The notes below the pieces were generated by a model. That model was not told the origin of the DNA. It saw only the letters and a list, made by a program, of their open reading frames with translations, and did no database searches. Made by a program: the position numbers and the translations under genes. Of a DNA stretch of 64,000 bases, positions 12,776 to 26,448 are shown piece after piece. The DNA lies in assembly GCF_963506605.1 (NCBI RefSeq), contig NC_083276.1, positions 65,472,001 through 65,536,000 on the forward strand, given 5' to 3'. Every line of letters begins with the position of its first letter. Within the stretch, counting starts at the first letter, position 1. The stretch is from Zootoca vivipara (Eukaryota).

Positions 12776-14304
12776 ACAAGCAATTTGAAAATGGGGGTCA
12801 TGAAGGAGGTGTCCCTGGACCAAAAAAAAAAAAGCACACCAAATTTCAGACAAACATGTCCTGGGACAATTGTGCTTCTTTATTTTACCTTCATTATAGA
12901 AAAATGGAAAAGTCACCCTTTTCTCGTTCTTCCCTCCCCCTTTCCTGGAAGTGTTCTCTGTGAAGAAAAAGAGAGTGCTTTGGGGGTTCGCTGACACACC
13001 TTATTAATGGCGCAAACCAGCTCAGAGACATGAAAGCTTGTTCCAAATCAGCTGATTCACCTCATTCTGGGTATTTACAGAAGATGGAGAGAAAAATGAA
13101 GCTAGGAAAATATGGGTAACAATTGATTTGAGTACCACAATGGCATCTGCTTCGTGTATTTATATATTTTTAAAAGAAAACATCTGCTGTTGGGAAATTT
13201 GAAGTATTTTCCTTTCACTCCAGTTAGCTGTTGCCAGCGACTACTACACATTCACTACACAAACACTGGTTTTGTATTCTGACTAACAACAAAAGACGAC
13301 AGGAGCAATTCCACCAGTGCTATTTGGACTTGCAAACCATGGATAAGCATAGAGAATATTGTCATTCAACTGACATTTTCTACAGAAGCCGGTGAATCGG
13401 GTTACTGCAACACATATCCTAAGGTTTATATATTCAAGATTTCAAGGCTATTCTTTGTCTCTTGGTGATGCTTTACACTGTGGTTTCCTCAATAGAGATA
13501 TATTTATCATAGGATTTTGATGAGAAAAGACCTGTCTGTTTCACACACACACACACACACACAGGAACTATGCCAATTTCTTCTATTTCTTCTAGCAGCG
13601 ATGCTAAAGAGCTAAAGCATTGGAATGCCATTTTTATCATTAGTAAATGACATGTTACTTACAGGTGCTAATACTGAAGTCCTGGTGATTTTTAAAATGA
13701 AAAGCAGCTGGGATTCGGAAACACAGGAGTGGGGTGGGTGGGGGTGCTTAACTGTTTTCTCATCAGTCATTTTTCCCCGTTAAAAATCACTCCTCTGGCT
13801 GGTTCCCCCCACCCCCACCATCCAACAAGAGTCCCAGTATATGTTAACAGGTGATTGATTTATATAAGCTCACAACTCTAGGTTCCTATTTTTTAAAAAA
13901 AATCGTGTCTATGAGAACAGTGGCTTATACGATGACTTCATCACATATCAGAAAGGTTATGATGACAAACAGAATTCTCTCTACCATAATAGCCCCCGGA
14001 GAGCTACAGTGAGTCAGGAGAGATTACGTGCTCCCAGAAGTATATAAAGGTTCACAGGCAGAATTCAACTAAACAACTGCGTGAGAAGAATGATGTCCAC
14101 TTATGCAATGGGACTTTCCCACCCTAGAACAGATTTAGGGTGGAAGAGAGGGGGAGATCATTCTGTTGCACAAGGAAAAATCTGTGTGGTGATGGAACAT
14201 TAGCCGTAGTGCTACAATGAAGTCTTCCCACAGAGTAGAATGAGATGCTCATATCTAGTGCTAAAACAAAGTACAGTACCTAATATGCTCCAGTCTGCTG
14301 TCAC

Positions 14305-14640
14305 AAATGTTGCTATGGGGGGTGCGGAGAAAGGGGGTGCAGTAGGGGTGGTCTGCCCTGGGTGTCACCACTGAGGGGCGGTGACAAAATGCCGGGTGGC
14401 CCTCACTGCGGGGCCTGCAGCACGCCTGAGCCACGCATCTCTCCTGCGAGTGACGCAGTGGCTTGGGTGACCGTAGACTCCACGATGCCCCAAACGGTCC
14501 ACCCACTGCCTGCCCCACAGCTGTAGGGGGCTGAGTGGGAGGAGGCTCCTCAGAGGCCCCGTGGAGTGTCTTGCCCCGATTGGCCCTGCCCCTGGGTGCA
14601 GGGTACATGTGCCACCCCAGGTGCCCGACTGGCTTGCTCT
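14305..14640. mobile_element. GC-rich DNA-transposon-like element
   Basis: Reverse-complement homologue of 26123-26444 (gggtgtcaccactgagggg..tgacaaaatgccgg). Confidence 0.65.
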
Positions 14641-15024
14641 TGAGCGGGGGGAGACTCTAATCCAGCACCAGGAGTATGGGTGTGGGGTCTCTTGCACCGT
14701 GTTTTTGCCACCAAGTAAGGCCTACCAGTTTGGCTTGCGCCAAGTGCTCCCTTCTCTTCTCAGTAGGCGATTAGCAGTGAGGATCTCTCTTCTCTGCGGA
14801 GAGAGTACTGCTGTTCATCACTTTCCACAAAAAGAGGTCTCAAAGCGACTTACAAATCCATAAAATTCAAAACACCTTGATAATCAATTAAAAGCCAAAT
14901 CCATAGAAAAAGATATAACAGAATCCCCCCCCAAAAGTGTCCACCCAACAATAACAATAAAAAGGATAACTTTTTATTCTGACTGACACCTAATTCTGAC
15001 TGACAACAAAAGATGACAGGAGCA

Positions 15025-15521
15025 TGGGGGGCTCTGGGGCGAGGGGGAGGGGGGAGGGCAAACCCAATTATAAAATGAACCACCCTCGACTGCCTGCCTT
15101 CATGGGACTTGCTCGTGGCAGGAGGGGTCCTGTGGGAGGGGGGATTGGAAGAAGGTGGAAATAGGTTATGAATATTTTGTTTTTCCTTTTTATATTTTTC
15201 TTTTTTCCTTTTTTACTCTTTTTGGGGTGGTGGTTTTGGGATTCTTTATTTTTCTTTTTTGGATAAATGGTTGGGTGGACATTCCCCTGACTTCTCCCTT
15301 GTTTTTCTAGAGCTCCCTGGTGGCAGGGGGGGCTTTGGGGCGGGGAAGAGGGGAGGAGGACAAACCCAGTTCTAAAATGGACCACCCTCAACTGCCTACC
15401 TTCATGGGACTCACTCGTGGCAGGAGGAGCCTGTGGAGGGAGAGTTGGAAGAGGGTGTAAATATGTTATGTATAATTTGTTTTTTATTCTGAAAAATTTA
15501 ATAAAAAAATTTATATAAAAA
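15025..15521 (+). mobile_element. 5'-truncated poly(A) retroposon (L1-like 3' UTR) with an internal duplication
   Basis: AATAAA at 15500 plus A-tail; 17-bp TSD AAAAGATGACAGGAGCA at 15008-15024 and 15522-15538; a unit of about 120 bp is repeated at about 15060 and 15362. Confidence 0.8.
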
Positions 15522-16157
15522 AAAAGATGACAGGAGCAAATCCACCAGTGCTATTTGGACTTGCAAACCATGGACAATGGAGAACATTGTCATTCAGCTG
15601 ACATTTTCTACAGACCCCGGAGAATCGGGTTACTGCTAAGTGATGAACGCCACAAACTAGGCTAAACATCATAACAAAGTCTTACCCATGTTAATGACCC
15701 AAAGCCTGGGCAAGGAAAAGTGTCTTAGCCTGACACCTGCAAACTGACAATTATGCTATGTTTCCTTCAGAAGAAAACTGCACAAACTCGCGGGTAGATG
15801 TACCTGTCTGTAGTATATATCTATATTGGGTTCAGTGACTTTTGAAGTGTCTGAAGCCTCAAAACAGAGCCTTCCGGTCTATCAGTTTTGTTCTGCAGTC
15901 CATCATATTGACTGAATTGTAGCTTCAGAAGCTAGTGATCATTCCTGCTCTATGTAGCATGCAGAGAGCTTAGAAGAACATGGGGGGGTCTAATTAGAGA
16001 GTGCTAATTGCTCTCCTCTTATGCACCTGCACAAAAGTATAGGCACAAGAGCTGCCACAAAAGTTGCTGTAAGAGCAACAAATTGGTTTTTAATGCTGTA
16101 CTTTCAGAATATGAATACAATCTGGTATTTCCTAGTCCAGCCTCTTAACTCTCCTAC

Positions 16158-16289
16158 CTGGTATGATGCTGTCATCCTTTAGCGCTGATGATGGTGTGAG
16201 CGTGTCATAAAGGAGTGTCTGTTGCACACTCCTTTCATATTTAGTATCAAAGACAGTTTGGTCGTGACAAAACAGGTTCCGCATTCTGC
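16158..16289 (-). CDS. Candidate internal exon (phase 1-1, 132 nt) of an unidentified gene
   Basis: Long polypyrimidine tract + AAG acceptor, CAG|GTAGGA donor; only one frame open: (G)RMRNLFCHDQTVFDTKYERSVQQTLLYDTLTPSSALKDDSIIP. Confidence 0.45.
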
Positions 16290-17829
16290 CTTGAACAGCA
16301 GGCGGAGGAGGCAGGGGAAAAGATGTGTGAAGATAGAATTTGTTATCACAACTACTTAATCTGAATATTTTTAGGAAAGGAAAAAGATTTGTCAAAACCC
16401 AAGCTTAAGCCCCCACCTGTCTAGAGCACTCTGGAACTCTAGACACTCCCATATCATGATGTAGCAGGTCCAATCTCTACTTCACTACCCCCATCTCACC
16501 ATAATCAACTCTGGAATACGTTGTCACCAGATAAGACAAGGCCAGTTGCTCAGGTGCTTCTTTGTGTTGTCTCCTGTTCTTTCTTAAATTCAGAATTGTT
16601 GTGCATAGATTCACTGCAGGGTTTTTGTTTTTAAGGCAGTTCAGCTTTAGAAGATTCTTCTACTAAATTTATCTACAGTCATATAAATTACACGCGCACA
16701 CACATCATAGTGTGAAATGCTTTAGGACAGTGGCTCAAATCCTATGAACACTTCCCTAGGAACACATTGGGACTTGCTTCTTATATATCACAGAATAATA
16801 AATGTTATGTGCAACTCTCATTGTCAAGTTTGAATTAAATTTTGGTGGCATCACCCTCTTTTGTGACTTCTATAGATAGAATGAGCCTGCGTTTAATATT
16901 CAGGGAGAAGGGTATGATAATATTGTAATCTAGCAGCCAACAAATGAGAAAGCCGAACTATAAACATTTCCTTTGCCTTTTCATAGGTAGGCAAGACAAA
17001 TTCACTATTTGCCCTATAGCCTTTTAAAGATCTAAATTGTTGACTATGGGAACTCTATATCCTGAGATGGGCTAACTATATATCCCAAGATGCACAGGGC
17101 TTGATTTAATAATCCAAAATTGCTCCCAGGCCCAGAGCCTGCAATAGCATCGTTAACCTTAGCTCCAGAATTAGAGTTTCTACTTCAGTTCTAAAGTTCC
17201 ATTAGCCCACAGGCTATTTTCATCTTTCTGCCATGGACCTATGCGATTAGTGCTGAAACAGGGCATGTAAAAGTTGACACAGAGTCTGCATTTACTGTAT
17301 TTCTGCATGCCTTTTTGTTCACTGAAGATCCTCAGCTGACCTGAGACAAGGTTCATGCAAACAAATGAGAGATGATCACAAAGTAAGGCTCTTCACACAC
17401 ATTAAGAGCACAATCCTACGCATGGAGGAAGTCCCACTGAGGTCAATGGGATACCTCTAGGTAAGTGCCCTTACCTGGATGAAAGGAGGATATCTTGATT
17501 GGTAAAGCAGCCCTTCTGCCAACATGCTCACAGGATGATTTGACCACAATCTCATTCTCTCTCCAAGCACAAGCCATTAACTTGTTAAAATCTTAGATTG
17601 CTTTGCTTTGCTTATTACTTCTTTCTGCTTGTTTCATCTTTTTTTGAAATTTGCTGTTTGATTTTCCATGCTAGTCTCTTCCCCTAATCCTCCTTCTCTG
17701 CCACTCTGTCTCTATTCTAATATCTCTACATCTATGTTTCATTGCTGGTGAAACATAGCATATTTTAGGGGGGAGCATATACTGGTAATATAATCGCACA
17801 AAAGTAGTGAAGAAAATTATGTATTAAAA

Positions 17830-17835
<6 letters not shown>

Positions 17836-17887
<52 letters not shown>
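17836..17887. repeat. (GA)n microsatellite
   Basis: Direct read. Confidence 0.95.
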
Positions 17888-17891
<4 letters not shown>

Positions 17892-20402
17892 ATATCTGTC
17901 CATTAATAATTTCACTTTTTGCCTTAACCCCCCCCCCCAACTCTGATTTAATTCTGACTTCTTCTTTTTTACAATGCACTGCTATTTTGGGTGTTATTTG
18001 CAGAATTAACATTGTCTTGTTATTTTGTAGACAATATCACAAGGAGCTGAAGCTGTCTTATTGGCATAACCTCACTGGCTTCAGTGAATACCCACCAGGG
18101 ATGGATCTACCCCATTGTGTTCCAAAAAGAAATTGTAAGGCAATAATGTATTTTACACACACTCTTCTGAGCCCAATTGCTCTATGTGGAAATATAGAAA
18201 TAGACTGCCAAAGGACGATTCATTTCAATTTAATTATTCCTGGTAACTCACTGAGAGGAAGCACAACATCTGACTTCTCTATCTACATTTTCAGAGGGTT
18301 GATTAGTACCAACAAAAGGCAGTACTTCTTCAGATGTATTAATTAAGAACTATAAATGGAAAGTGCATGTCTTAGACCCAATTCAACAGGCCAATATGGA
18401 CATGGTAAGCAACTGAGATGGACATAGGACAGAACGTGTTTTAGTGCACTGGGCCATGTTAAGACAGTGAGCATGAGTCACCTCAGATGTAATCTTTTCC
18501 ATTCTTCAGCCATAGTTAAGGAGTTAACTAGGCCATAGTTAAGGAATTCCACTTCAAGGGCAAATTTCCCCTTGCCATCAAGCATTGGTATGTGTGTGCA
18601 TGGAGGGTGAAAGGTGATAGGTATTTTTTGCCTCAGTGGGAAGTTATTCCCTGGTAGTGCACAGATGCCATCAGCTTCAGTGCCCCCTTTGCAATTCTTC
18701 ATGGAATATCTAATGCGGCCTGCAGGGGTTATCTCCACAGCATGAAATCACAGGTGGACAGATCAACCCAGGTAGCCAAAATGGTGCACTCCAACTCTTG
18801 TTGGCTTCCAACTTCCATCATCATGGTCAGGGATCATGGAAGCTTTAGTCAAACAACATATGGGCACCAGATTGGCTATTCTGACCCAAGATTTCAAAAG
18901 CAATGATATTGTTATTATCATTTAAAAAAAAACAGCACAGGGCAAAGAGACCAGATAGCAAGAAAGTGGTTCCATTTGCTCCATGGTGGTCTGATTCTGA
19001 GCCAGTTATATAACATGCAATTGTACAATTTCAAAGGGTCAGTTTTTTGTCATAAAAGTTGCTTGCTGTCATATACCAGTTCGCACCATTGGAAAGCTAT
19101 AATCATAAATGTGGAATAATGCTTCATGCAGTTTTCAGGGGGCAATTGTTATTTCCCCCCTCTCAGCTGAGAAATGCCATGACAATAACCCTGTAATGCT
19201 TTAGAATAGCAATCTGATAAGCAGATTAGTTTTCAGAAATGTATTCAGGCAGTAGTTAAGTTCTTTTTTTATTTATTTCAGCTGTCTCCACTGGAGATTT
19301 ATTTTTAAATAAATGAACACACATCATGTACTAATAGTTCTGGCTTTGCAGAACCATTATGGGAAGGATCATAAGTAATGCTTTCCCATAAGATCTAAGC
19401 GATAGAGTTGGCTGGAGTAATCATCTGTTATTGTAAACATTTCCTCTTCAACATGTGCACGTACCAAATCACAAAGCCTTTAATACAAGAAAGCAATGGA
19501 ATTAAATATGCCTGCTTAATGCTTCTGGTGCCTTTTATCTTTTGAGATGCAGTGGTAGTTAAAACCATTTGTGCTAGATTCAAAAAGAATGGAGAGTCAA
19601 TTACATAAAATTCTATGGTTTGCTACAATCCTTTGCCCAATTACAGATTCTTAAACGCTTTTATTTTATTGGAACTGGAGGCGCATAATAATTATTTTTC
19701 AAGTTGCTTTTTGACAAAGTTATTCAAAGGTAACGGCAGTCCTAAAAACAAACCGCATGCCAATAAAAATTGAACAGTAAAAGAATTTTTTTTATCAATT
19801 GCCCCCCCCCCCAAAAGCAGCAAGTGGTCAGTAAAACAGCAGGCAAAAACGAAGAGCTACTAAAGCAGTAAAAACATCAGAGCAATATTCTAGAAGTCTT
19901 GGGTGAAGTTTTAACCTGGCCACCACATATAATTAATGAAGAATCTTCCATAGTTCTCTACCCTTGACCAATGACGTGCTGGCACATAGCACTGTGTGGT
20001 CCATAGGGAGGCAACTTCCATTCTTCACTACTTACTCTCCTGTCCACTATTGCTAAGCTTTCAGGTCTGAAGCTGAGACAGGCATTCCTTTGGGATCAAA
20101 GCACTCCATCTGCTTACTCCTAGCAAAGAAGAATGGAGTTAAGTATCTCCAGCACATTACTAACCAAGAGAGCAATCCAAACCTCATTTGCAGCAGCAGC
20201 AGTGGCATCTGCTCTTAATGAGCACATAGGGGTCTATCCCATGTGACCCACCCTCTTCATATTACATCTAAAAAGGGCTATGGATTGTACCATTTGAGAT
20301 TAACAGACCCTTCAAGTGTCCCTATTTTCCAGGGACAGTCCTGGATTTACAGAAGCCATCCTGATTTCCAGTTTGATCCCCGAATGTCCCGCATTTCCTC
20401 CG

Positions 20403-20660
20403 TTGTTGCTGTTGTTTAGTCATTTAGTCGTGTCCGACTCTTCATGACCCCATGGACCAGAGCACGCCAGGCACTCCTGTCTTCCACTGCCTCCTGCAGT
20501 TTGGTCAGACTCATGTTGGTGGCCTCGAGAACACTGTCCAACCTTCTCGTCCTCTGTCATCCCCTTCTCCTTGTGCCCTCAGTCTTTCCCAACATCAGGG
20601 TCTTTTCCAGGGAGTCTTCTCTTCTCATGAGGTGGCCAAAGTATTGGAGCCTCAGCTTCA
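20403..20660 (-). mobile_element. BovB LINE 3' fragment nested in a MITE (about 20307-20700)
   Basis: Same 3' end and (CAA)n tail as 7614-7845. Confidence 0.92.
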
Positions 20661-22609
20661 GTAGGACACTCCTATTTTCATTGGAGAAATGTTGGATAGG
20701 ATTGTCTAAAGATATGTGCAGTTAACATTTGAATGTTCCTCCATAATGAAACAAAAACAAAAATACCCACCCCAATGATTTGACTGAGCATTCTTAAGAA
20801 CACTCCCGTACCTTCCTTAAACTGAAAGGCAAATGGTCACTGTGCTGGGATCAATAGAGTTGTGTATATTATCACTCAGCCCACCCCTGAAAGTATTTTT
20901 CTGTTCAAATCCTTCCATAATTAGCAGCAGTATTCAGAGCTAAAAGGCAGATAGTCCCCTCAATTAAATTTATGAAAATCTAATTCCTTTTGGTATCTCT
21001 ATTGAACTGCAGCCATACCATTTCCCTTTCAGGCAAGGGAAGCCATTTCAGAGGAGGGGACAAAAATGAAATAAGAGCACAACTTGATTATTGCCCAGAT
21101 GAGCACAGATATCATTTAATAGTACAGGAAACAAAAACATTGGTGTTCTTGATTGAAGTCACTGCCAGTCAGCATGGAGACAATACCAAGCTAGATGGAT
21201 GAATGGTCTGACTTGGTGAAAGGCAGCTTTATAACATCTCTGCTGTAGATGTTTGCTAGACGTTACAAGAAATATGGAACTGCCACCAGAGTCCATGTCT
21301 CTTTCTCACTTGTCCTTATCAAGCACTATGCATGATGTGATGTGTTTCGCCACATAGATGGGAAGTGGGGACAAAAAGATACCACAGTGGCAGCTGAACT
21401 CTATGTTCTTTAATGCTCTTGCTTGAAGATTAAATACACAGAATTGCTTGCTCACTGCTCATCTTGACAGAGCACCAGTTGTTCTATCGTCCATTTTCCC
21501 ATTTTGGATATGGGGAACTGGGGACTAAAAGCTGGCAGTCTTTGCAATTGGGGGGATTTGAGTTAAGGTTAATGTTCAGCACCCTGCCCGCTATGTCACA
21601 TTAACTCTCATACATAGCACAGCATAGGGGGACTGTCTTTTTCTATTTATTTATTATTTAAAATCAGGATTGCGCTTTAGCAAGCATTTATGGAGGTCAA
21701 GTTGACCCTGGTCAAATATTAAGATGCAAATATTTAAAATAATAGATTTTGGCTTTAAATGAAAAGCTGTGAAATCAGACCTTATCTAGAATAGTGAAAT
21801 GTGATTCTGGCATTTGTAACCACCAACTGTAAGCATCATCAAGGGGGAAAGGACTGTGTTCATTTTCATCAGCAAGATTAAATTGCAGTGGTGGAGCTTT
21901 CATAAATGAAGCACAGAGGCATTAGAATGTTGGGCTTAATTACGTCTTCTGAGCACTATCCAAATACTAATATTTACCTTTGAGTCTACAACTAAATTGC
22001 ATGTTTTCCAAACCCACAGAAGGCACTTTCTGAAGTCAATATGCAGATTGCTTTGGGGGATGCATCTAATAATTATGCCACTGATTGGAAGTTTCTTCAA
22101 TAATTTACACAGGAAGCAATGCAGCTAAATTACATTTTTAAAACCAGCAAATCTGTTTGTTGACTGGGTTAATCATCAGGCTCTGAGAATACTCTCCATT
22201 TATTTTCTTCTTTACAATCTTTTTTTTTTGAGTAGGAGGTCTTTAACTATGGAAGAGGTTTTAAAGATAAATCCATCTTAGATTCTAGGCAAAAGGAAAA
22301 CAATGCTTATACAGTACAGGAAAGCCTAATTCTTTTTCTGATCCTCAGAAAGGTACCTTCAAGAAGCAAACATTCCAGTTCAAATCAATCAATTAATTAA
22401 TTAATATGCCTATTTGGATGCCACCTTACCAGTTACTCAGTTTCTGATGCTACTTGAGAATTCAGAGGGTATGGGCAATCTCTCCAGAAGATGTTTGTAT
22501 TTCGAGAGGTTTAGTGATCTAACCCCCTGTTCCTTCCCTTCCCCTCTCTCAAAGTTCTTTGATGGCTGAAGAACAGCCTTTAAAAAGAAATAAACAACTA
22601 TCTGCCATT

Positions 22610-22720
22610 TAGAAGACACGTGAAGGCAGCCCTGTTTAGGGAAGTTTTTGATGACTGATGTTTTAATGTATTTTTAATCTTTTGTTGGAAGCCGCCCAGT
22701 GTGGCTGGGGAAACCCAGCA
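22610..22720 (+). mobile_element. L2-type LINE 3' fragment
   Basis: gaaggcagccctgtttagggaag...gttggaagccgcccag; homologous to 42612-42928. Confidence 0.65.
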
Positions 22721-23343
22721 CCTTCACCTTCTTTGATCTTAGACACTGTTTGAAGAAAGTTAGGCATTGGGAGAGGTGGCTCAAGAATAATCTGCATGCA
22801 GTTAGTAGCACATAGGCAGTCAGGCAAGCCACACAGGCTATATATAGCTATATATAAATCAGATGGTACTGGGCCAAGTTCTGAGAAGCTCATGCATGGA
22901 CTGATGGCCGCAGAGCTGTGCAACCTGGTGCTACCTGGGGGATCACTTTCCCACTTCTTGGGGGCTTCCAGGTGGCAGATTGAAGTGCTTGCTTGATAAT
23001 GTATATAATGCTTGCTGTTTAGAATAAAATATTTAATCTTCTCACTCACTCGTGTTTGCATTGCCTCTGAATCTCATTTTAAAAGGACCACCTTGCATTT
23101 GGCAAGGCACAGAGTTTTCTCTTATTCCGGATCATCATCCCAGTCTCAGTGAACATAATGAATGTCTATTAATTGCAAATCTCATAATTCTGTGGATTGT
23201 AATGGATGTACCTTGCCTCACACATAACAGGAATCACCTTTTGCTGGTCTTTGACTGTATTAAAGTTTACTTACTTACATAACAGCAATCAAGTGTACTG
23301 ATTGTTGATCAAGACAGACAAGTCTTTCTTATTCTGAAATATC

Positions 23344-23558
23344 TAGGGTTGCCAGACTCAACAGAGGACAGGACTTCTGCGCCTTTAATTGCCCTGCTCT
23401 CTTCTGAGTCTGGAAACCTTAAAGAGAAACCAGCAGACCCTTTGTTTAATTTCCAAGCAAAGGGTCTGCTGGTTTCTCTTTAAGGTTTCCAGACTCAAAA
23501 GAGAGCAGGGCAATTAAAGGCACAGAAGTCCTGTCCTCTATTGAGTCTGGCAACCCTA
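23344..23558. mobile_element. Near-perfect palindromic hAT MITE
   Basis: TAGGGTTGCCAG termini, arms of about 100 bp; TSD GAAATATC/GAAATATT. Confidence 0.9.
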
Positions 23559-26122
23559 GAAATATTTGACACCCTTTAGAAAACATAGGGCTTGAGTCAT
23601 ACAGAGAGTAAAAGTACAATTGTATGATTTTGCCATTGAAAAAAATTGCCATTAGTGCTGAAATTGTGACATACTTATTTTTCTTATTTCCCCCCCATGT
23701 TCCATCACCCACTATTTTTAGAATCATGCATCTAGATGTCGGTAGCACTGACAGTTTTTTCACCTTTGCTTCTCAGTCTGTTCAGAGGAAAGGCAGACAG
23801 AATAAGGCCATCTTAGGATAAAGTAAGGCTCTGTTAATTCTTTAGCACAATGAATTGCTAATGATAAATCAGGTGGTCTAGTCCTTGAACACCAAGCGCT
23901 TCCAGCACAGGGAATAAAAGACACTGCATGACTGGGGTGTTTCTTACATCAAAATGCTGGATTAGGTCTTTTTTTATATAAAAAAAAAAGGCTGAAAGAA
24001 TTGTGGTCCTTGTTGTGGGCAGACTTTGAGTATAGTCCTTTGTGTATCTGTCAAATTTCTGTTATGAATAGAGTGAGCAGAACTACTCTGTGCTGGGAAG
24101 GTTGTAAGGCTAAGATTGATTGGTGTGCATGTATGTGTGTGTAATTTATTATTTAATGAAAAGAAATAGATTAAGTAAGCAATTGATCCGTCTTTTACAA
24201 AAGGAGAGCGTACATTCTAACTAAGTAATTGATCAATTAGTTAAAAGAAGAATAGTTAATCCACCAAAAAGACGTTTAAAAGTTTGACTGCATCCTCTTT
24301 TCTAAAGTGGGAATTCTCATCAATACAGCATTGTACAAAGCCCTTAATGAAATGAAGAGACCATACAGTAACTGTTTGAAAACCATAGTCTTCTTCCAAA
24401 CCCATCTTTATCCAACTGAGCATAGCCCACAATGAATAGTAAAATAAACAACTGGAAACAAGGTTAGGAACTGCAATCCCAGGTTGATATCCCCAAAGAC
24501 GACAATCTGATTTGAAAGTGGGGGAAGGCAGACTATAGCAAGGTAGAGACCAGTCAGAAAGCAGGAAGCATTTATCACTGTTAATCTGGGCCCAGCAAAC
24601 GGGTATCTTCAATCCAACAATAGATGTGCAAGAACTTCCCCCAGATGTGGTTGGTCCTTCAAAACCTGCCAAATCTTGGCATATCAATAAATCAAAGGAT
24701 CTGCCAGCTCCAAAGCCAAAAGGAACTGCCAATTGGTGCTCTTGTCCCAAAACATTCCAGTGGCTGCCAGCAGGAAACAGGAAACAATTCTCTGTGTTGC
24801 TGCAGCTCACAGTTACCTCAGGCTGTCAGTGAAACAGAGACAAGGGAAAAATTCCTCAGAGGCTGGATAGAAAGTGATGCAAAGGAGTCAAATGGGCATG
24901 CAATTTTGAGTCAGGAAAGTGTGGAAATGTAGGAGGGATGTCACTTAATTGAAGTTTGAAATTCGTTACACTGCTCCATTACTTCACAGATGCCCTGTTC
25001 TTACGTTGTAACAAACCAGCGCTCGTGTCCACGCACATGGAACTGCTTGATGGAGGGAGAAGCAGACTAGGAGGCAAAGTTTAGTGGGAAAACAGCAAGC
25101 AGATAAAATGTACCACCTTCACCCATCATGCCTCTACCGAAAATTGCATCTTCCTAAGAGTGGCTTCAGTTAAACAACAACCAGAAGCCCTATTGCAACT
25201 TTGCTACGCTCACTGAAATGTAACACCTCCTTTGCCCCCGACATCCTTTGAAACCAGGGTCATAAGGCTCTGCAAACATAGTTTCACCCTAAGATTTCTC
25301 CTTATTTATCAGACTCTCTTCTTCTCCCATGCTGGAAAAATTTAGGTGAACGTGACCCAGCAAGTGTAAGTAATATTTCAAATGGCAGTATACGTTTCCA
25401 GAGATATAAATAATTCCTTTCTGTGAAACCCATCATCCACAACACTGACACGCAATCTGTACAGAAAGAAACAGTATTTAATACTTTGAAACCCAGCCGA
25501 CCAAATGTACAGTTGGTTTAATTTTTTTCTTAAGCAAAAGACGGAAATATGCCAGGATTTCAGGCACGAGGCTTCTACAGTGGCAGGTCATGTATGATTC
25601 ATAAAGAGCCCTTCTCTTTAGGGATGCTCTAGTTGTTCTGGATCTTCCACATAATTTCAGGCAGAAAAGGGGCCATATGGCCAGCAAGGACCATTGTCAG
25701 CTGGCAATAGGTAGAGCGCTGAAATGTTTAGCAGCTTGGCCAGCCGATCATTATTTAAATTCAACATGTCACCCTGTTGCATTTCATTAGACAATAACAG
25801 GATGGAGCTTAACAACATGCAGAAGCTATTCCTGCTGGAAGCTTATAGCTAAGGCACAAATATCTCCTCTCACCAAAAAGAAAAACATACTATTTGGCCA
25901 GTAATCCACAACTTCCTTGGGAATAAGTTGCATTACATTCACTGGGGTCACAACCACACCATGAAGTGCTCTTATGCCACAGGAAAAGTCATGGCTTCTG
26001 CCAACAAATTTCAGGAACGGTAGTTTGTATAGAGCACTGAGAGTTCTTAGGAGACCCTTGATGAACTACGGATCTCAAGATCGGGAGGAGGGCTCATGAC
26101 CAGGTGCAGCAAGAAACAACAA

Positions 26123-26444
26123 TGGAGGAAGCCGCTCGGGCGCCTGGGGCGGCGCGCCCAGGGGCAGGGCGTGCCGCCCATAGGGGCGGGGTAAGCACCA
26201 CAGGGCCTCCCAAGTCTCCCTGCCTCCTCCCACTCAGCTGCCCTACAGCAGGGGGAGGCAGGGGGCGGACCGTTTGGGCAGCATGGAGCCTGTGTGCGCT
26301 CAAGCCATCGCGTCTCTCCCAGGGGAGATGCATGGTTCGGGCGTGCTGCAGGCCCCACAGTGAGTGCCGACCGGCATTTTGTCATCCCCTCAGTGGTGAC
26401 ACCCGGGACAGCCCGCACCCACTGTCCCGCTTCCTCCAGCCCTG
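26123..26444. mobile_element. GC-rich hAT-like element abutting BovB
   Basis: Inverted termini GGAGGAAGC / GCTTCCTCCAGCCCTG; homologous to 14305-14640. Confidence 0.65.
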
Positions 26445-26448
26445 CTAA

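Noticed and set aside
24256-24810. 184-aa - strand ORF
   Set aside because: No clear splice signals or recognisable domain; treated as a chance ORF.
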